From: Candidatus Gottesmanbacteria bacterium GW2011_GWC1_43_10
GTDB lineage: Bacteria > Patescibacteriota > Microgenomatia > UBA10105
Length of the DNA: 64,000 bases
Reading direction: 5' to 3'
NCBI GenBank assembly: GCA_000995415.1
Contig: LCEX01000003.1
Coordinates: 15,470-79,469 of the forward strand
Shown: positions 1-9,750 of the stretch, piece by piece
Layout: every line of letters starts with the position of its first letter
Numbering within the stretch: position 1 is the stretch's first letter
Position numbers and translations under genes: made by a program
Notes under the pieces: generated by a model
Database searches by the model: none
What the model saw: the letters and a program-made list of their open reading frames with translations, nothing else
What the model was told of the DNA's origin: nothing

Positions 1-591
1 TTACCTTGGATTATTCTGATTGGGATTTTGCCGTTTATCCCGGTGGTTTGGGTGAAGGGTTTTAAATGGACCTGGGATTATTTTTTTACCATCCCCAATT
101 GGTATGCATACACTTCGGTTTATACTTACAATCTCTGGGCGCCGTTTGGATTCATTGTGACTGACAATAGCAAATTTTTGGGACTTGTTCAATTTAAATA
201 CCTGGGAATTGTTCTGTTTTGGTTGGCAGCCGTTCTCATTTTGTATCCGCTACGAAAAAAGGCTAATCGTACGCCACTCATGTATATGTTTGCCGCTTTT
301 CTTCTGTGGTACGATTTTTCCTATTTTGCCACCCGGATTCACAGTCGCTATTTAATTTATAGTTTTGGTTTTTTTGCGCCGTTTTTTCGACGGTTTCCCG
401 GAATTGGGATACTCTTGAGTATCCTGATGATCGCCGACTTTTTGTTGCCCAACAAAAATCCGGCTCTGGTCTGGTTGGTGGATTGGTTGAACCAACCGAT
501 CACGATCGTGACGTTTGTGATTTATGCTGGCGGTCTATTTGTTTTGAGTTACCACGCGTATCAGAAATTAACCAAAATTACACATGCGTAA
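1..591 (+). CDS. integral membrane protein, 5'-partial (frame open to window start; first Met at 28)
   Basis: Frame-1 ORF has no stop before position 28, so the gene probably starts upstream of the window. The protein is strongly hydrophobic and multi-TM, and co-oriented with downstream GT-C-like membrane proteins. Confidence 0.4.
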   Translation, partial: LPWIILIGILPFIPVVWVKGFKWTWDYFFTIPNWYAYTSVYTYNLWAPFGFIVTDNSKFLGLVQFKYLGIVLFWLAAVLILYPLRKKANRTPLMYMFAAFLLWYDFSYFATRIHSRYLIYSFGFFAPFFRRFPGIGILLSILMIADFLLPNKNPALVWLVDWLNQPITIVTFVIYAGGLFVLSYHAYQKLTKITHA

Positions 592-1927
592 GATTTTCTT
601 CTTTTCTGGGATCGGCTTTTGGATAGGGTTTTCCCTTTTGCAAATCTTGATTTCCTTTAACCTCAAATTTACTGCATGGCCGGAGATGTTGGCTTATCCG
701 TACTTACTTAAAAATGGGTACCGGTTGTATACCGACATTATTAATCCTTACCCGCCGCTTCTACCGGTAATCTTGATGGAGTTGGGGCAATGGTGGGGAA
801 CAACGGTTGGGATGTTGAGGCTAGTGACACTATCAGTGATATTAATTTCCGACTTGAGTTTTTGGTGGTTGAGCCGAAAATATTTTACACGATTTGTGAG
901 TTTTATCTTGGTAGTTATTTTTAGTTGGTTACAATGGGTTTTTGATGCAAACGGTTTGTGGTTTGATCTGGTAGTAGTTCCATTTGCAATTTGGGCCTTT
1001 GCTTACTTTTACGAATTTAGAAAAGCGCAAAAAATCCGAAATATTTTAGCAGCAGCTTTATTATTAGGCCTGGGGTTTATCGTCAAACAGACGACGATTT
1101 GGTGGGTGGGACTAATCTTTTTGTATTTAATGTCACAAAAAAAATACCAAACGGGAATATTTTTTCTACTCGTCGTCTCTTTGCCTTATTTTGTTTTATT
1201 GTTATTTTTTCCGGTACGTCCACTTATTTTTTGGACGTTAACCTACCCGTTTTTCATTGCCAGCCGAATGCCTGGGTATGTATTATTACCTTCATTCAAA
1301 CAACTTGGGCTTTTAGTAATTTTACTTTTGCCCACAGTCTGGTTATTACGGAAGAAAGAAACGAGATTTTTGAGTTGGTGGACGCTTTCCGGGTTGGGAT
1401 TTGGGTATCCGAGGTTTGATTTTTTCCACCTGCAGGCAATGTTACCGTTTTTGATCCTAGGAGCAGGTTTGGTTTGTACTTCTTTAAAAAAAATGAGGTG
1501 GTTAGCGGTGATTTACATAATATTTATTTTAGGATTAACCATTAAATTTTTGAGCCACAACTGGCAGAAACCGGTCCGTTTTTTTGACAGGCAAACACAA
1601 GTAACGGCACGGAAACTTAGCCAAAAAATACCGGTAGAAGAAACAGTATTTTTCTACAACACTCCAGCCCAATATTTTGTTTTGGCAGACTTGTTGCCGT
1701 CTAAACCGTGGGCAGATACTTTTCCTTGGTATTTGGAAGTAGTGGGTATGCAAAAGACGATTAACAAAAGTTTAACTGCGGTTAATTACGTTGTGATCTC
1801 ACCCTCTATTCCGGGTGACAAATATGCGTTGGGTGCATATCAGCCGCAAGAAATCACGGCTTATGTAAATCAAAACTTTCAACTTCGAGACGAAGTCGAG
1901 GTAATCCAAATTCTAATGCGTAAATAA
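584..1927 (+). CDS. multi-pass membrane protein, GT-C-like (possible GT39/PMT-family glycosyltransferase)
   Basis: 447 aa with about 10 predicted hydrophobic helices and W/F/Y-rich loops. It overlaps the upstream ORF end, a typical operon junction. Function was guessed from context in the glycan locus. Confidence 0.45.
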   Translation: MRKIFFFSGIGFWIGFSLLQILISFNLKFTAWPEMLAYPYLLKNGYRLYTDIINPYPPLLPVILMELGQWWGTTVGMLRLVTLSVILISDLSFWWLSRKYFTRFVSFILVVIFSWLQWVFDANGLWFDLVVVPFAIWAFAYFYEFRKAQKIRNILAAALLLGLGFIVKQTTIWWVGLIFLYLMSQKKYQTGIFFLLVVSLPYFVLLLFFPVRPLIFWTLTYPFFIASRMPGYVLLPSFKQLGLLVILLLPTVWLLRKKETRFLSWWTLSGLGFGYPRFDFFHLQAMLPFLILGAGLVCTSLKKMRWLAVIYIIFILGLTIKFLSHNWQKPVRFFDRQTQVTARKLSQKIPVEETVFFYNTPAQYFVLADLLPSKPWADTFPWYLEVVGMQKTINKSLTAVNYVVISPSIPGDKYALGAYQPQEITAYVNQNFQLRDEVEVIQILMRK

Positions 1928-2044
1928 GGCAGCATTCGTTAATAACATGATCTTTATTTCAATTGAAAATGCGGCACAAAGGGCCGTAATTCCGGTGAAC
2001 ACCGGAAACGAGCCCTTAGCCGACAGTGTATACTTATTAATAAC

Positions 2045-3109
2045 GTGAAAATAGCCTGGTTATCTTTTTATAGCGGTAAAATTGATCGAGGAGTAGAGGT
2101 AGCTACCGCAGCTCTCGCCACACGCCTTTCACAAAAACATGAAGTGAGCGTGTTTCAAGCTGGATCAGCGGCAATTCCCGGCGTAAATACGATTCAGTTA
2201 CCGGTCGAAACCAAGTGGCCGTCTGATACGAGTCAGAGCTGGTGGCGGTTTTTTTACCTGGATTATTACAGCCGAAAAATAAGCAAATTCACGCTCAAAT
2301 TTTTGCCATTTTTGTTTAAGTATCAATACGACGTAGTCATTCCCACAAATGGCGGATGGCAGATAGTGATACTCCGGCTCATCACCTGGTTATTGAAAAA
2401 GAAATTAGTAGTAGCTGGTAATGCTGGGATTGGAAGAGATGACGCGTGGCAACTTTTATGGAGACCAGATCATTATATTGCTATTTCTCCCCAAGGGTAT
2501 GAGTGGGCAACAAGGAAATCGTCACAAGTAGCCATCACGTATATACCTTATGGAGTTGACATGGAGAAAATTGCAAAAGCCAAGCCGCAACTCATAAGTT
2601 TGACCAAGCCAATAGTTTTATGTGTGGCGGCTTTTATTCCTTTAAAACGGATTGATTTACTTATCCGTGCCATGGAAAAAGTACCAGAGGCAAGTTTGCT
2701 GGTGATTGGTAATGGACCGGAAGAGCAAAGTTTACGTAAACTTGGCGAAAAGCTATTGGGCAAACGATTTTTACTTCTAACCAATATCCGTCACGAGGAA
2801 CTGATAAGTTATTATAAAGCTGCTGCCCTATTTTCCTTGCCGAGCAAATCAAGTGAAGCATTTGGAATTGTTTATGTGGAGGCTTTGGCAGCTGGATTAC
2901 CGGTAGTTGCTACCCGAGACAAAAATAGAACGGCAATTATTGATGGAGCTGGAATTTTGGTTGAACCTGAAGATATCACCGCTTACGCCGAGGCCATCAA
3001 GCAAGCGCTTAAAAGCGACCTAAAAGAACAGGCCCAAACTCAAGCCCGGAAGTATAGTTGGGATGGGATCACCAAACAATACGCTCAGCTTTTACAAAAA
3101 TTGATTTAA
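2045..3109 (+). CDS. glycosyltransferase family 4 (GT-B)
   Basis: GTG start. The C-terminal GT4 signature SKSSEAFGIVYVEALAAGLPVVAT (E-x7-E motif) is present. Confidence 0.8.
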   Translation: MKIAWLSFYSGKIDRGVEVATAALATRLSQKHEVSVFQAGSAAIPGVNTIQLPVETKWPSDTSQSWWRFFYLDYYSRKISKFTLKFLPFLFKYQYDVVIPTNGGWQIVILRLITWLLKKKLVVAGNAGIGRDDAWQLLWRPDHYIAISPQGYEWATRKSSQVAITYIPYGVDMEKIAKAKPQLISLTKPIVLCVAAFIPLKRIDLLIRAMEKVPEASLLVIGNGPEEQSLRKLGEKLLGKRFLLLTNIRHEELISYYKAAALFSLPSKSSEAFGIVYVEALAAGLPVVATRDKNRTAIIDGAGILVEPEDITAYAEAIKQALKSDLKEQAQTQARKYSWDGITKQYAQLLQKLI

Positions 3110-3130
3110 TCAATTATGTTACACAAACCA

Positions 3131-3203
3131 CTTTGTCATTCCCATGAAAATGGGAATCTATACAATAAAAACCATGAGATTCCCGCTTGCGCGGGAATGA
3201 CGA
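3131..3203. repeat. 75-bp two-hairpin palindromic element (family E: gtcattccca-tgaaaa-tgggaatc ... gattcccgc-ttgc-gcgggaatgac)
   Basis: There are two perfect stem-loops. The termini are inverted (gtcattccc ... gggaatgac). A near-identical copy lies at 33848-33917 and the 3' hairpin recurs at 53318-53371. Confidence 0.7.
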
Positions 3204-3224
3204 GGTGTAATGTGAGTTAATCAT

Positions 3225-4064
3225 ATGAATCTATCTGTGATTATTCCGATTTATAACGAGGAAAAAACTATTACCGCATGTCTGACTTCATTAGCACAAC
3301 AAACTGTGCCTTTTGAACTTATAGTGGTCGACGATGGATCCACCGACAAAACACTAAGCGTTTTGTCGAAATTTCAAATTTCAAATTTCAAATTTCAAAT
3401 TATCCAAGAAAAGCATCAGGGGCCTGGGGCAGCTCGAAACTTGGGTGCAAAAAATGCTCATGGAGACATCTTGGTTTTTGTGGATAGCGATATGACTTTT
3501 GCCCACGATTTTTTGGAAAAGCTGACAAAACCAATTGAAAAAGGGGAGACAAGAGGAACTTTTACAAAAGCGGAATTTGTGAGCAATTGGGACAATATCT
3601 GGGCTAGGTGTTGGAATCATAACCAGAACATACATAGCGATCGACGGATTCCGCCAGACTATCCAGAAACAGCGCCAGTGTTTCGAGCAATACTAAGCAG
3701 TGAATTTGCTCGTGTGGGTGGGTTTACGACTGGCGTTGGTTGGACTGATGATTGGACTTTGTCGCGTAAACTCAAGTACCAATCAACTGCCACATTTGCC
3801 AAGTGTTATCACGCAAATCCGAGTACGTTATATGAAGTTTTTACACAAGCCAAGTGGGTGGGAAAAAACGAGTTTCTGACAAAGTCGCCAAAGTGGATAG
3901 TTTTCAACTTCTTGCGCTATTCAATATTTTTTTCCTGCATTTACGGCTTGTTCGGAGTGGTGGCTTACGGCATGCTGGAATATCTGGTTTTCAAATTTGT
4001 TTATGATCTGGGGATAGTCGCGGGATTGACCGAATCAATTTTAGGTCAACATAAGAACAAATGA
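3225..4064 (+). CDS. glycosyltransferase family 2 with C-terminal TM segment
   Basis: N-terminal GT2 signature VIIPIYNEE...LIVVDDGSTD...VFVDSDM (DXD). It contains an internal heptanucleotide tandem repeat. Confidence 0.85.
   Translation: MNLSVIIPIYNEEKTITACLTSLAQQTVPFELIVVDDGSTDKTLSVLSKFQISNFKFQIIQEKHQGPGAARNLGAKNAHGDILVFVDSDMTFAHDFLEKLTKPIEKGETRGTFTKAEFVSNWDNIWARCWNHNQNIHSDRRIPPDYPETAPVFRAILSSEFARVGGFTTGVGWTDDWTLSRKLKYQSTATFAKCYHANPSTLYEVFTQAKWVGKNEFLTKSPKWIVFNFLRYSIFFSCIYGLFGVVAYGMLEYLVFKFVYDLGIVAGLTESILGQHKNK
3369..3401 (+). repeat. heptanucleotide tandem repeat (atttcaa)x4+ inside the GT2 CDS
   Basis: Seen directly: gaa atttcaa atttcaa atttcaa atttcaa att. It encodes SKFQISNFKFQII. The unit length is not a multiple of 3. 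Confidence 0.9.
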
Positions 4065-5251
4065 AGCTAAAAAATCTATCCGTAATTTATTATTTAAGTT
4101 TATTTGCGATCATCGCGTTAGGTTTTTTAAATCCCACAAATCGTTTAGACTTAATGCTAGAAATCATGCTTGTCGGTTACATCCTATGGATAATCAAAAA
4201 GGGTAAAGATTTGACCAACAAATTTTTTTTCAAGCCGTTTTCCGTTACCGCTTGTTTGTCTATACCGTTTATTTTAGTTTTTTTGGTGACGAGTTGGCGA
4301 AACTCACTCGAACTGAGGACTTATCTAATCCACGAACCTGTGAGCGAAACTTACCGTTCTGATTTAGACGATTTTCTCAAAACCTACTATTTGATGCAAA
4401 GAGGTCAGGAATATTATTTAAGTTTTTCCCAGGCGGTGACAGAAAATGCATTTAAGGGATACGTCGCCCAAAACCTGTGGGCTTGGAGAATGCCCACAGT
4501 TTTTTATTTTTGGAAAATGATTCCGGGTCCGGCGGGGATCTCAATTTATGTAGCCTTTTTGCTCCTAGCTGCTTTGGCTTTGCATGCGGTTTATCGGATT
4601 TTAGCCAGATTATTGCCCGAGACGCAACGGCACCTGGGAATACTCGCACCGTATATGCTCTATCCATATTTACATTTTGCTGCCCGGGATAAGGTGCTAT
4701 TGCATACTGAATGGTGGGCGGTATTTTTTATGCTATTTGCTATTTATGGGTATGTGTCTAAAAAACCGGTACTATTTATGGGATGCTTGTTGATAGCTTT
4801 ACTTATGCGCGAGTTGTTTATTATCCCGGTTGGTTTGGCGGGTATTTGGTTTTGGCTCAAAAAAGACAAGACAGCTGTTAGGATATTAATCACAATTGGT
4901 GGGTTTGGACTATTTTTTGTGTTACATAGCTTGATTGTAAAAAGACTCATGTTTTCCACGGCGACGTTTGCGAGTCCACGGGTGCACGTGTTGGGAAAAG
5001 ATATAATTCTCTCAACCTTGGCGTTTGGCGCCTGGGAATACTTTTTCTTCCGCATCCGGATTTTTTTGGTGTTTTATGTACTGGCCGTATTCGGATTAGT
5101 CAGGCATTTGCACCGGAGTTACGGGTTTTTACTTTGTTTTGTCCTGATGCCGGTGAGTTTTTTGATTTTAGGCTCCAGCATTTATAATGATTACTGGGGG
5201 ATTTTTTATTTACCGTTTGTCTTGATCAGTGTACCTTTGATATTGGTTTAA
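4061..5251 (+). CDS. multi-pass membrane protein (hypothetical; GT-C-like/polymerase-like)
   Basis: 396 aa and very hydrophobic. There is a 4-nt ATGA overlap with the upstream GT2 gene, which suggests translational coupling. Confidence 0.5.
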   Translation: MKLKNLSVIYYLSLFAIIALGFLNPTNRLDLMLEIMLVGYILWIIKKGKDLTNKFFFKPFSVTACLSIPFILVFLVTSWRNSLELRTYLIHEPVSETYRSDLDDFLKTYYLMQRGQEYYLSFSQAVTENAFKGYVAQNLWAWRMPTVFYFWKMIPGPAGISIYVAFLLLAALALHAVYRILARLLPETQRHLGILAPYMLYPYLHFAARDKVLLHTEWWAVFFMLFAIYGYVSKKPVLFMGCLLIALLMRELFIIPVGLAGIWFWLKKDKTAVRILITIGGFGLFFVLHSLIVKRLMFSTATFASPRVHVLGKDIILSTLAFGAWEYFFFRIRIFLVFYVLAVFGLVRHLHRSYGFLLCFVLMPVSFLILGSSIYNDYWGIFYLPFVLISVPLILV

Positions 5252-5254
5252 CTT

Positions 5255-6652
5255 ATGTTGATATTTTTGATATTGGTTTTAAGTTTGGGTTTGAGGCTGA
5301 CAGGACTCAACCAGTCATTTTGGCTGGATGAAGCGGCACAGCTCATCGAATCAACAAGGCCGCTGTCAGAGCAATTTAAAATTGCCGGCGATTTCCAGCC
5401 ACCACTATTTCATGTTTTACTCCATTTTTGGTTATGGTTTGGTAAAAGTGAAATCTGGGTCAGACTGTTGCCGCTCGTTTTAGGGCTCATTTCCATTTAC
5501 CTTCTTTATTTGATTGCCCAGAAACTGGTAAATCAGCGCGTAGCCTTGATAAGTTCATTATTGCTGGCGATCTCTCCTTTTCATATTTGGTATAGCCAGG
5601 AAGTGCGGCCGTATATGTTGGCAGTGGTTTTGGGATCAGCTGCGACATATTTTTTGCTCAAACGAAACTGGGTAAAATATACGGTTGCAGCAATTCTACT
5701 CATCTATAGCATGTATTTGACGCCATTTTTGGTGTTGACACACGGCGTGTATGTCTGGATCTGGCAGCGAGAACAGTTTAAACGCTGGTTAATCAGTTTG
5801 TTGGTTATTAGCCTAAGTTTTATTCCTTGGATACCGAGTTTTTGGCAACAGTTGGGGATAGGCAGTAGTTTGCGCTTCACGCTACCCGGCTGGAGTGAGG
5901 CGGTAAGCACCCCAATCTACAAAAGCCTACCGTTGATTTTTGCCAAATTTACCTTGGGACGGATCACGTTTGCCAATAAATGGTTTTACGGAGGACTAGT
6001 AAGTGGATTATTTATTTTTTTTGGGATTTTATTTGCAGGCGGATACAAAAAATTCAAATCCGAGATTAGTCAAGTAGGCTTACTTGGTGTTTTGCCTATT
6101 CTTTTGGCATTTGGAGCCGCTTTTTTTCTGCCAATTTTGGCGCCGCAGCGGGTACTTTTCAGTTTGCCGTTTTTTTATGTTTTGTGGAGCATTGGGTTAG
6201 TCAGTCGCCCACGACTCAAACAGGTCGGATTAACTATACTGATCGGAGTAAGTCTATATAGTTGGTATTTATACCATAGCCGACCGGAATTCCAACGCGA
6301 ACAATGGCGGCAAGCCGTGAGTTACGTCGAAAACAACCGGACAGCCAAAAGTAAAGTGATATTTGTGTTTCCCGATGCGTTTGCACCTTGGCAATGGTAT
6401 AGTCATGGACTAGTTGAAAATATTGCTGTCGCGCCCACTTTTACGGTCAAAGAGACAGAGTTAAGCCAGTTTACTTCGAGTTTGGTGACGTCTGATCGGT
6501 TGTTCTATTTTCATTATCTGACTGACCTAACTGATCCCAGCCATAGGAGCGAAAATTACCTGGTGAATTTGGGATTTTTTGAGACTCAAAAAATAGATTT
6601 TCCGGGAGTGGGATTTATCTCAATTTATGAAAAAATTATGGCATGGCGTTGA
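5255..6652 (+). CDS. GT-C glycosyltransferase, ArnT/PMT (GT39/GT83)-like
   Basis: 465 aa multi-TM protein. The first periplasmic loop carries an N-terminal FWLDEAAQ motif, matching the DE motif of ArnT/PMT_2 families. Confidence 0.55.
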   Translation: MLIFLILVLSLGLRLTGLNQSFWLDEAAQLIESTRPLSEQFKIAGDFQPPLFHVLLHFWLWFGKSEIWVRLLPLVLGLISIYLLYLIAQKLVNQRVALISSLLLAISPFHIWYSQEVRPYMLAVVLGSAATYFLLKRNWVKYTVAAILLIYSMYLTPFLVLTHGVYVWIWQREQFKRWLISLLVISLSFIPWIPSFWQQLGIGSSLRFTLPGWSEAVSTPIYKSLPLIFAKFTLGRITFANKWFYGGLVSGLFIFFGILFAGGYKKFKSEISQVGLLGVLPILLAFGAAFFLPILAPQRVLFSLPFFYVLWSIGLVSRPRLKQVGLTILIGVSLYSWYLYHSRPEFQREQWRQAVSYVENNRTAKSKVIFVFPDAFAPWQWYSHGLVENIAVAPTFTVKETELSQFTSSLVTSDRLFYFHYLTDLTDPSHRSENYLVNLGFFETQKIDFPGVGFISIYEKIMAWR

Positions 6653-7364
6653 AAAAATCCTGGGGATTTACCGCTGGCATCCCAAAATCGCCTTACGCTA
6701 CTTACCGGTTGTTGAAAAAATCAAAGCTTTGGGTAGTACAAGTTCTATCGTGGAAGTGGGATCCGGAGGCTTGGGGATCGCGCCGTATCTTAAACGTCAG
6801 GTGGTGGGAGTAGATTTATCATTTCCGCCGCCGCTGCATCCGTTGCTTACGCCGGTATTGGGTTCGGCTACAGATTTACCGTTTGCAGCTAGGGCGTTTG
6901 ACATAGTAGTGTCACTGGATATGATCGAGCACATCCCGCCGAAACTTCGGGAACGTGGGATATTCGAAATGTTGCGTGTGGGCAAAACACTGGTGTGTTT
7001 GGGCATGCCGTGCGGTCGAGAGGCCCAACTGCAGGATAAACAATTGGAACAGGAATATAAAATTAAACGCGGGGAAGGATTTGATTTTCTTTCTGAGCAC
7101 CTTGAATATGGTTTGCCAACCAAGCAGGAGATTTTATCAGCAATTGAAGGTAGCGCGCGTAAGCTAAACTTGCAAATAGAAGTAGAAACAATAGGGAACC
7201 TAAACTTGAGTTGGCGATTATGGTTGATGCGTGGATGGCTTGCCCAAAATTTCCTGGTTAACTTATTTTTCCGCAAATTTTTATTGCTCGGTATTCCCGC
7301 GTTTCGGCGATTAAATCAACCGCCTACCTATCGACAACTGTTTTTTGTTAAAATACAGAGATGA
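6627..7364 (+). CDS. class I SAM-dependent methyltransferase
   Basis: Motif I is VEVGSGGLG. The post-I acidic residue and the FDIVVSLDMIEH motif are typical of the Methyltransf_11/12 fold. Confidence 0.7.
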   Translation: MKKLWHGVEKILGIYRWHPKIALRYLPVVEKIKALGSTSSIVEVGSGGLGIAPYLKRQVVGVDLSFPPPLHPLLTPVLGSATDLPFAARAFDIVVSLDMIEHIPPKLRERGIFEMLRVGKTLVCLGMPCGREAQLQDKQLEQEYKIKRGEGFDFLSEHLEYGLPTKQEILSAIEGSARKLNLQIEVETIGNLNLSWRLWLMRGWLAQNFLVNLFFRKFLLLGIPAFRRLNQPPTYRQLFFVKIQR

Positions 7365-8641
7365 TCAAAAAAATCTTCAGGTCGGCAGTAAATTTGGGTT
7401 TGTCAAAAACTGCAAGAAGCGTGTATTGGGTATTTACGGGGAATGTGTTTTCCATTATTCTCACCTTTTTTACCACGATTCTGATTGCTAACCACGTGAC
7501 TAAAGCAGAAAACGGCATATTTTTAGCTCTCTTTACTTTGGCTAATTTATTATCCGATTTGGGTGAAGCTGGTTTAGGATCGGCTTTGTCCAGTTTCATC
7601 CCGCGGTTGGAATTAGAACAGAAGTCGAATGATGCCAGAGCATATTTGGGCGCTGCTTTTCGTCTTGAGTTGGGGATCGGGATTTTTTTACTGATCACTA
7701 CCACATTATTCGCCGGAAATTTATCGCACATCTTATTTGCTGATACTTCTCCAACCAACGTAGTGATCACTAGCGGCTTAACCCTGATATTGGTTTTATT
7801 TGGGTTTTCGACTTTTGCCCTTTCGGCCTACAAAAAGTTCCGTGAGGTAGCTTTAATGAATATTTTTTACAGTCTGGTTCGCCTGGGGATGCTAGTGGCG
7901 GCAGTTTTTTTGACTAAGCTGTCTTTATTTTTGATTTTGGCTATTTATTTATTGGCGTCTTTACTCGGATGGATATATTCATTGTATTTTTTGGGGACGA
8001 AATTTATTATGACTTCTGGAAACCGGGTGCAAGTAAAAAAACTTTTAGGTTTTTCGAGTTTCCTAGGTATACAGCGGATATTCATTTCTGTTTCCAGCCG
8101 TTTGGATCTACTTATGTTGGTGCCACTCGCTGGAGCAGTTCAGGCAGGGGTATATGGAATCGCTTCCAGATTTGCTTTAGTTTACCCTTTGGTCATCGGT
8201 AGCCTGGGACAAGTTTTAGCACCCAAATTTGCCGAATTTGCCAAAGGCCGTCATGCCTTGGATTTTTTCCGGAAGGTCGGTTTACTCATCGGACTTTTAC
8301 TTGTGTCATTAATCATCTTTTACATTTTTGCCCAACCGCTGATGCTTATGCTTGTACCAAAATATGCTGATGCGATACCGGTATTTAAAGGACTGTTGAT
8401 TGCCATGACGGGATTTATTGCGGCCACGCCTTTTGTCTCATTTTTGATTTATACTCTAAAAAAACCGCAAGTCATGACATTTGTCTCCGCCGTACAATTA
8501 ATTATTATATTTTTGTCTAATTTATATTTTATCCCCAAACTGGGGCGCTTTGGGCCGGCGATCGGGATCGGTTTGGGAAATTTGGCAGTACTAGTGATTT
8601 CTGTTGGTGCTACCTGGTATTATTTAAAGAAGGAAATATGA
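7361..8641 (+). CDS. polysaccharide biosynthesis protein / Wzx-like flippase (MOP superfamily)
   Basis: 426 aa with about 12 TM helices. The N-terminal region resembles the Polysacc_synt family. It sits in a GT-rich operon. Confidence 0.55.
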   Translation: MIKKIFRSAVNLGLSKTARSVYWVFTGNVFSIILTFFTTILIANHVTKAENGIFLALFTLANLLSDLGEAGLGSALSSFIPRLELEQKSNDARAYLGAAFRLELGIGIFLLITTTLFAGNLSHILFADTSPTNVVITSGLTLILVLFGFSTFALSAYKKFREVALMNIFYSLVRLGMLVAAVFLTKLSLFLILAIYLLASLLGWIYSLYFLGTKFIMTSGNRVQVKKLLGFSSFLGIQRIFISVSSRLDLLMLVPLAGAVQAGVYGIASRFALVYPLVIGSLGQVLAPKFAEFAKGRHALDFFRKVGLLIGLLLVSLIIFYIFAQPLMLMLVPKYADAIPVFKGLLIAMTGFIAATPFVSFLIYTLKKPQVMTFVSAVQLIIIFLSNLYFIPKLGRFGPAIGIGLGNLAVLVISVGATWYYLKKEI

Positions 8642-9747
8642 AGATTGGGATAGATATTTCACAAAGTGTGTATGTAGGGACAGGTGTTTCGGTATACACT
8701 CAAAATTTAGTTCGCAACCTATTGAAAATAGATCAGGTTAACCAATATGTCTTGTTTGGGTCGACTTTGCGTCGGCAAGCGTATTTATATGATTTTCTCA
8801 ATACTTTACCCAAAAAATCTTCGTTTACTAGCAAAATTTATTCTTTGCCCCCGACAGCACTGGATATCATCTGGAACAAATTACATGCGCTTTCGATTGA
8901 CCATTTTCTAGGAACCACCGACGTGGTTCATACCTCGGATTGGACTGAGCCGCCGTCCAAAGCCCACAAAGTGACTACTATCCATGACTTGATCGTTTAT
9001 AAATATCCAGAAAACTTACCTAAACGGATCGTTGAAACACAAAAACAAAAGCTCGCTTGGGTGAAGAAAGAAACAGATTTGGTGATTGCCGTCTCGACAA
9101 GGACCAAAGAAGACATCATCCAATACCTGCAAATTCCTCAAGCCAAAATCCATGTAGTATATCAGGGGATTGATGAAAGCTATTTTCCCCAAAAAATCGA
9201 TAGTATTTTAAGTGTCAAGAAAAAATATCACATTAAAGGTAGATACGTCTTGTGTGTGGGGACGCGTGAACCGCGCAAAAACCTGGCTCGGGTAGTTAAA
9301 GCTTTCTCACAGTTGAAACTAGACAGTTATACGCTTGTGATCGCCGGAAACCCAGGTTGGGGAAAAGAAGTAGTAATTGGTAAGAACATGTTGATGACAG
9401 GTTATGTCGAGGCAAAAGATTTGCCCGCTTTATATAGTGGAACCAGCGGATTTGTTTATCCATCGCTTTATGAGGGTTTTGGTATGCCCATCCTTGAGGC
9501 GATGGCTTGTGGAGCACCGGTAGTTACGTCCAATCGCGGCAGCTTAGCCGAAATTTCCGGGTCAAGTGTTGTTGTCGTTGACCCTGAAGAAATTGACGAT
9601 ATTGCGGCTGGGATTTCAAAAATGATTAACCTGTCACCTCCGGAAAGACGCAAAGTAGTGGCTCAAGGCCTAAAGCATGCGGGTAAATTTACCTGGAAAA
9701 AAACTGCCGAACAAACACTGGCGGTGTACAGGGAAGTCATGAGGTAA
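8638..9747 (+). CDS. glycosyltransferase family 4
   Basis: GT4 motif YPSLYEGFGMPILEAMACGAPVVTSNRGSLAEI. Confidence 0.85.
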   Translation: MKIGIDISQSVYVGTGVSVYTQNLVRNLLKIDQVNQYVLFGSTLRRQAYLYDFLNTLPKKSSFTSKIYSLPPTALDIIWNKLHALSIDHFLGTTDVVHTSDWTEPPSKAHKVTTIHDLIVYKYPENLPKRIVETQKQKLAWVKKETDLVIAVSTRTKEDIIQYLQIPQAKIHVVYQGIDESYFPQKIDSILSVKKKYHIKGRYVLCVGTREPRKNLARVVKAFSQLKLDSYTLVIAGNPGWGKEVVIGKNMLMTGYVEAKDLPALYSGTSGFVYPSLYEGFGMPILEAMACGAPVVTSNRGSLAEISGSSVVVVDPEEIDDIAAGISKMINLSPPERRKVVAQGLKHAGKFTWKKTAEQTLAVYREVMR

Positions 9748-9750
9748 GAT

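Noticed and set aside
1099-1419. Internal + strand ORF of 106 aa inside the 584-1927 membrane protein gene
   Set aside because: It is an alternative frame of a longer, better-supported ORF.
2548-2861. Minus-strand ORFs 2548-2784 and 2661-2861 (and similar antisense ORFs 6797-7276, 20919-21371, 50086-50493, 50515-50937, 51444-52244)
   Set aside because: They are fully embedded antisense to well-supported genes (GT4, methyltransferase, ManC-like, ftsA, ftsZ). Their composition is Ser/Pro/Arg-rich and typical of antisense frames.
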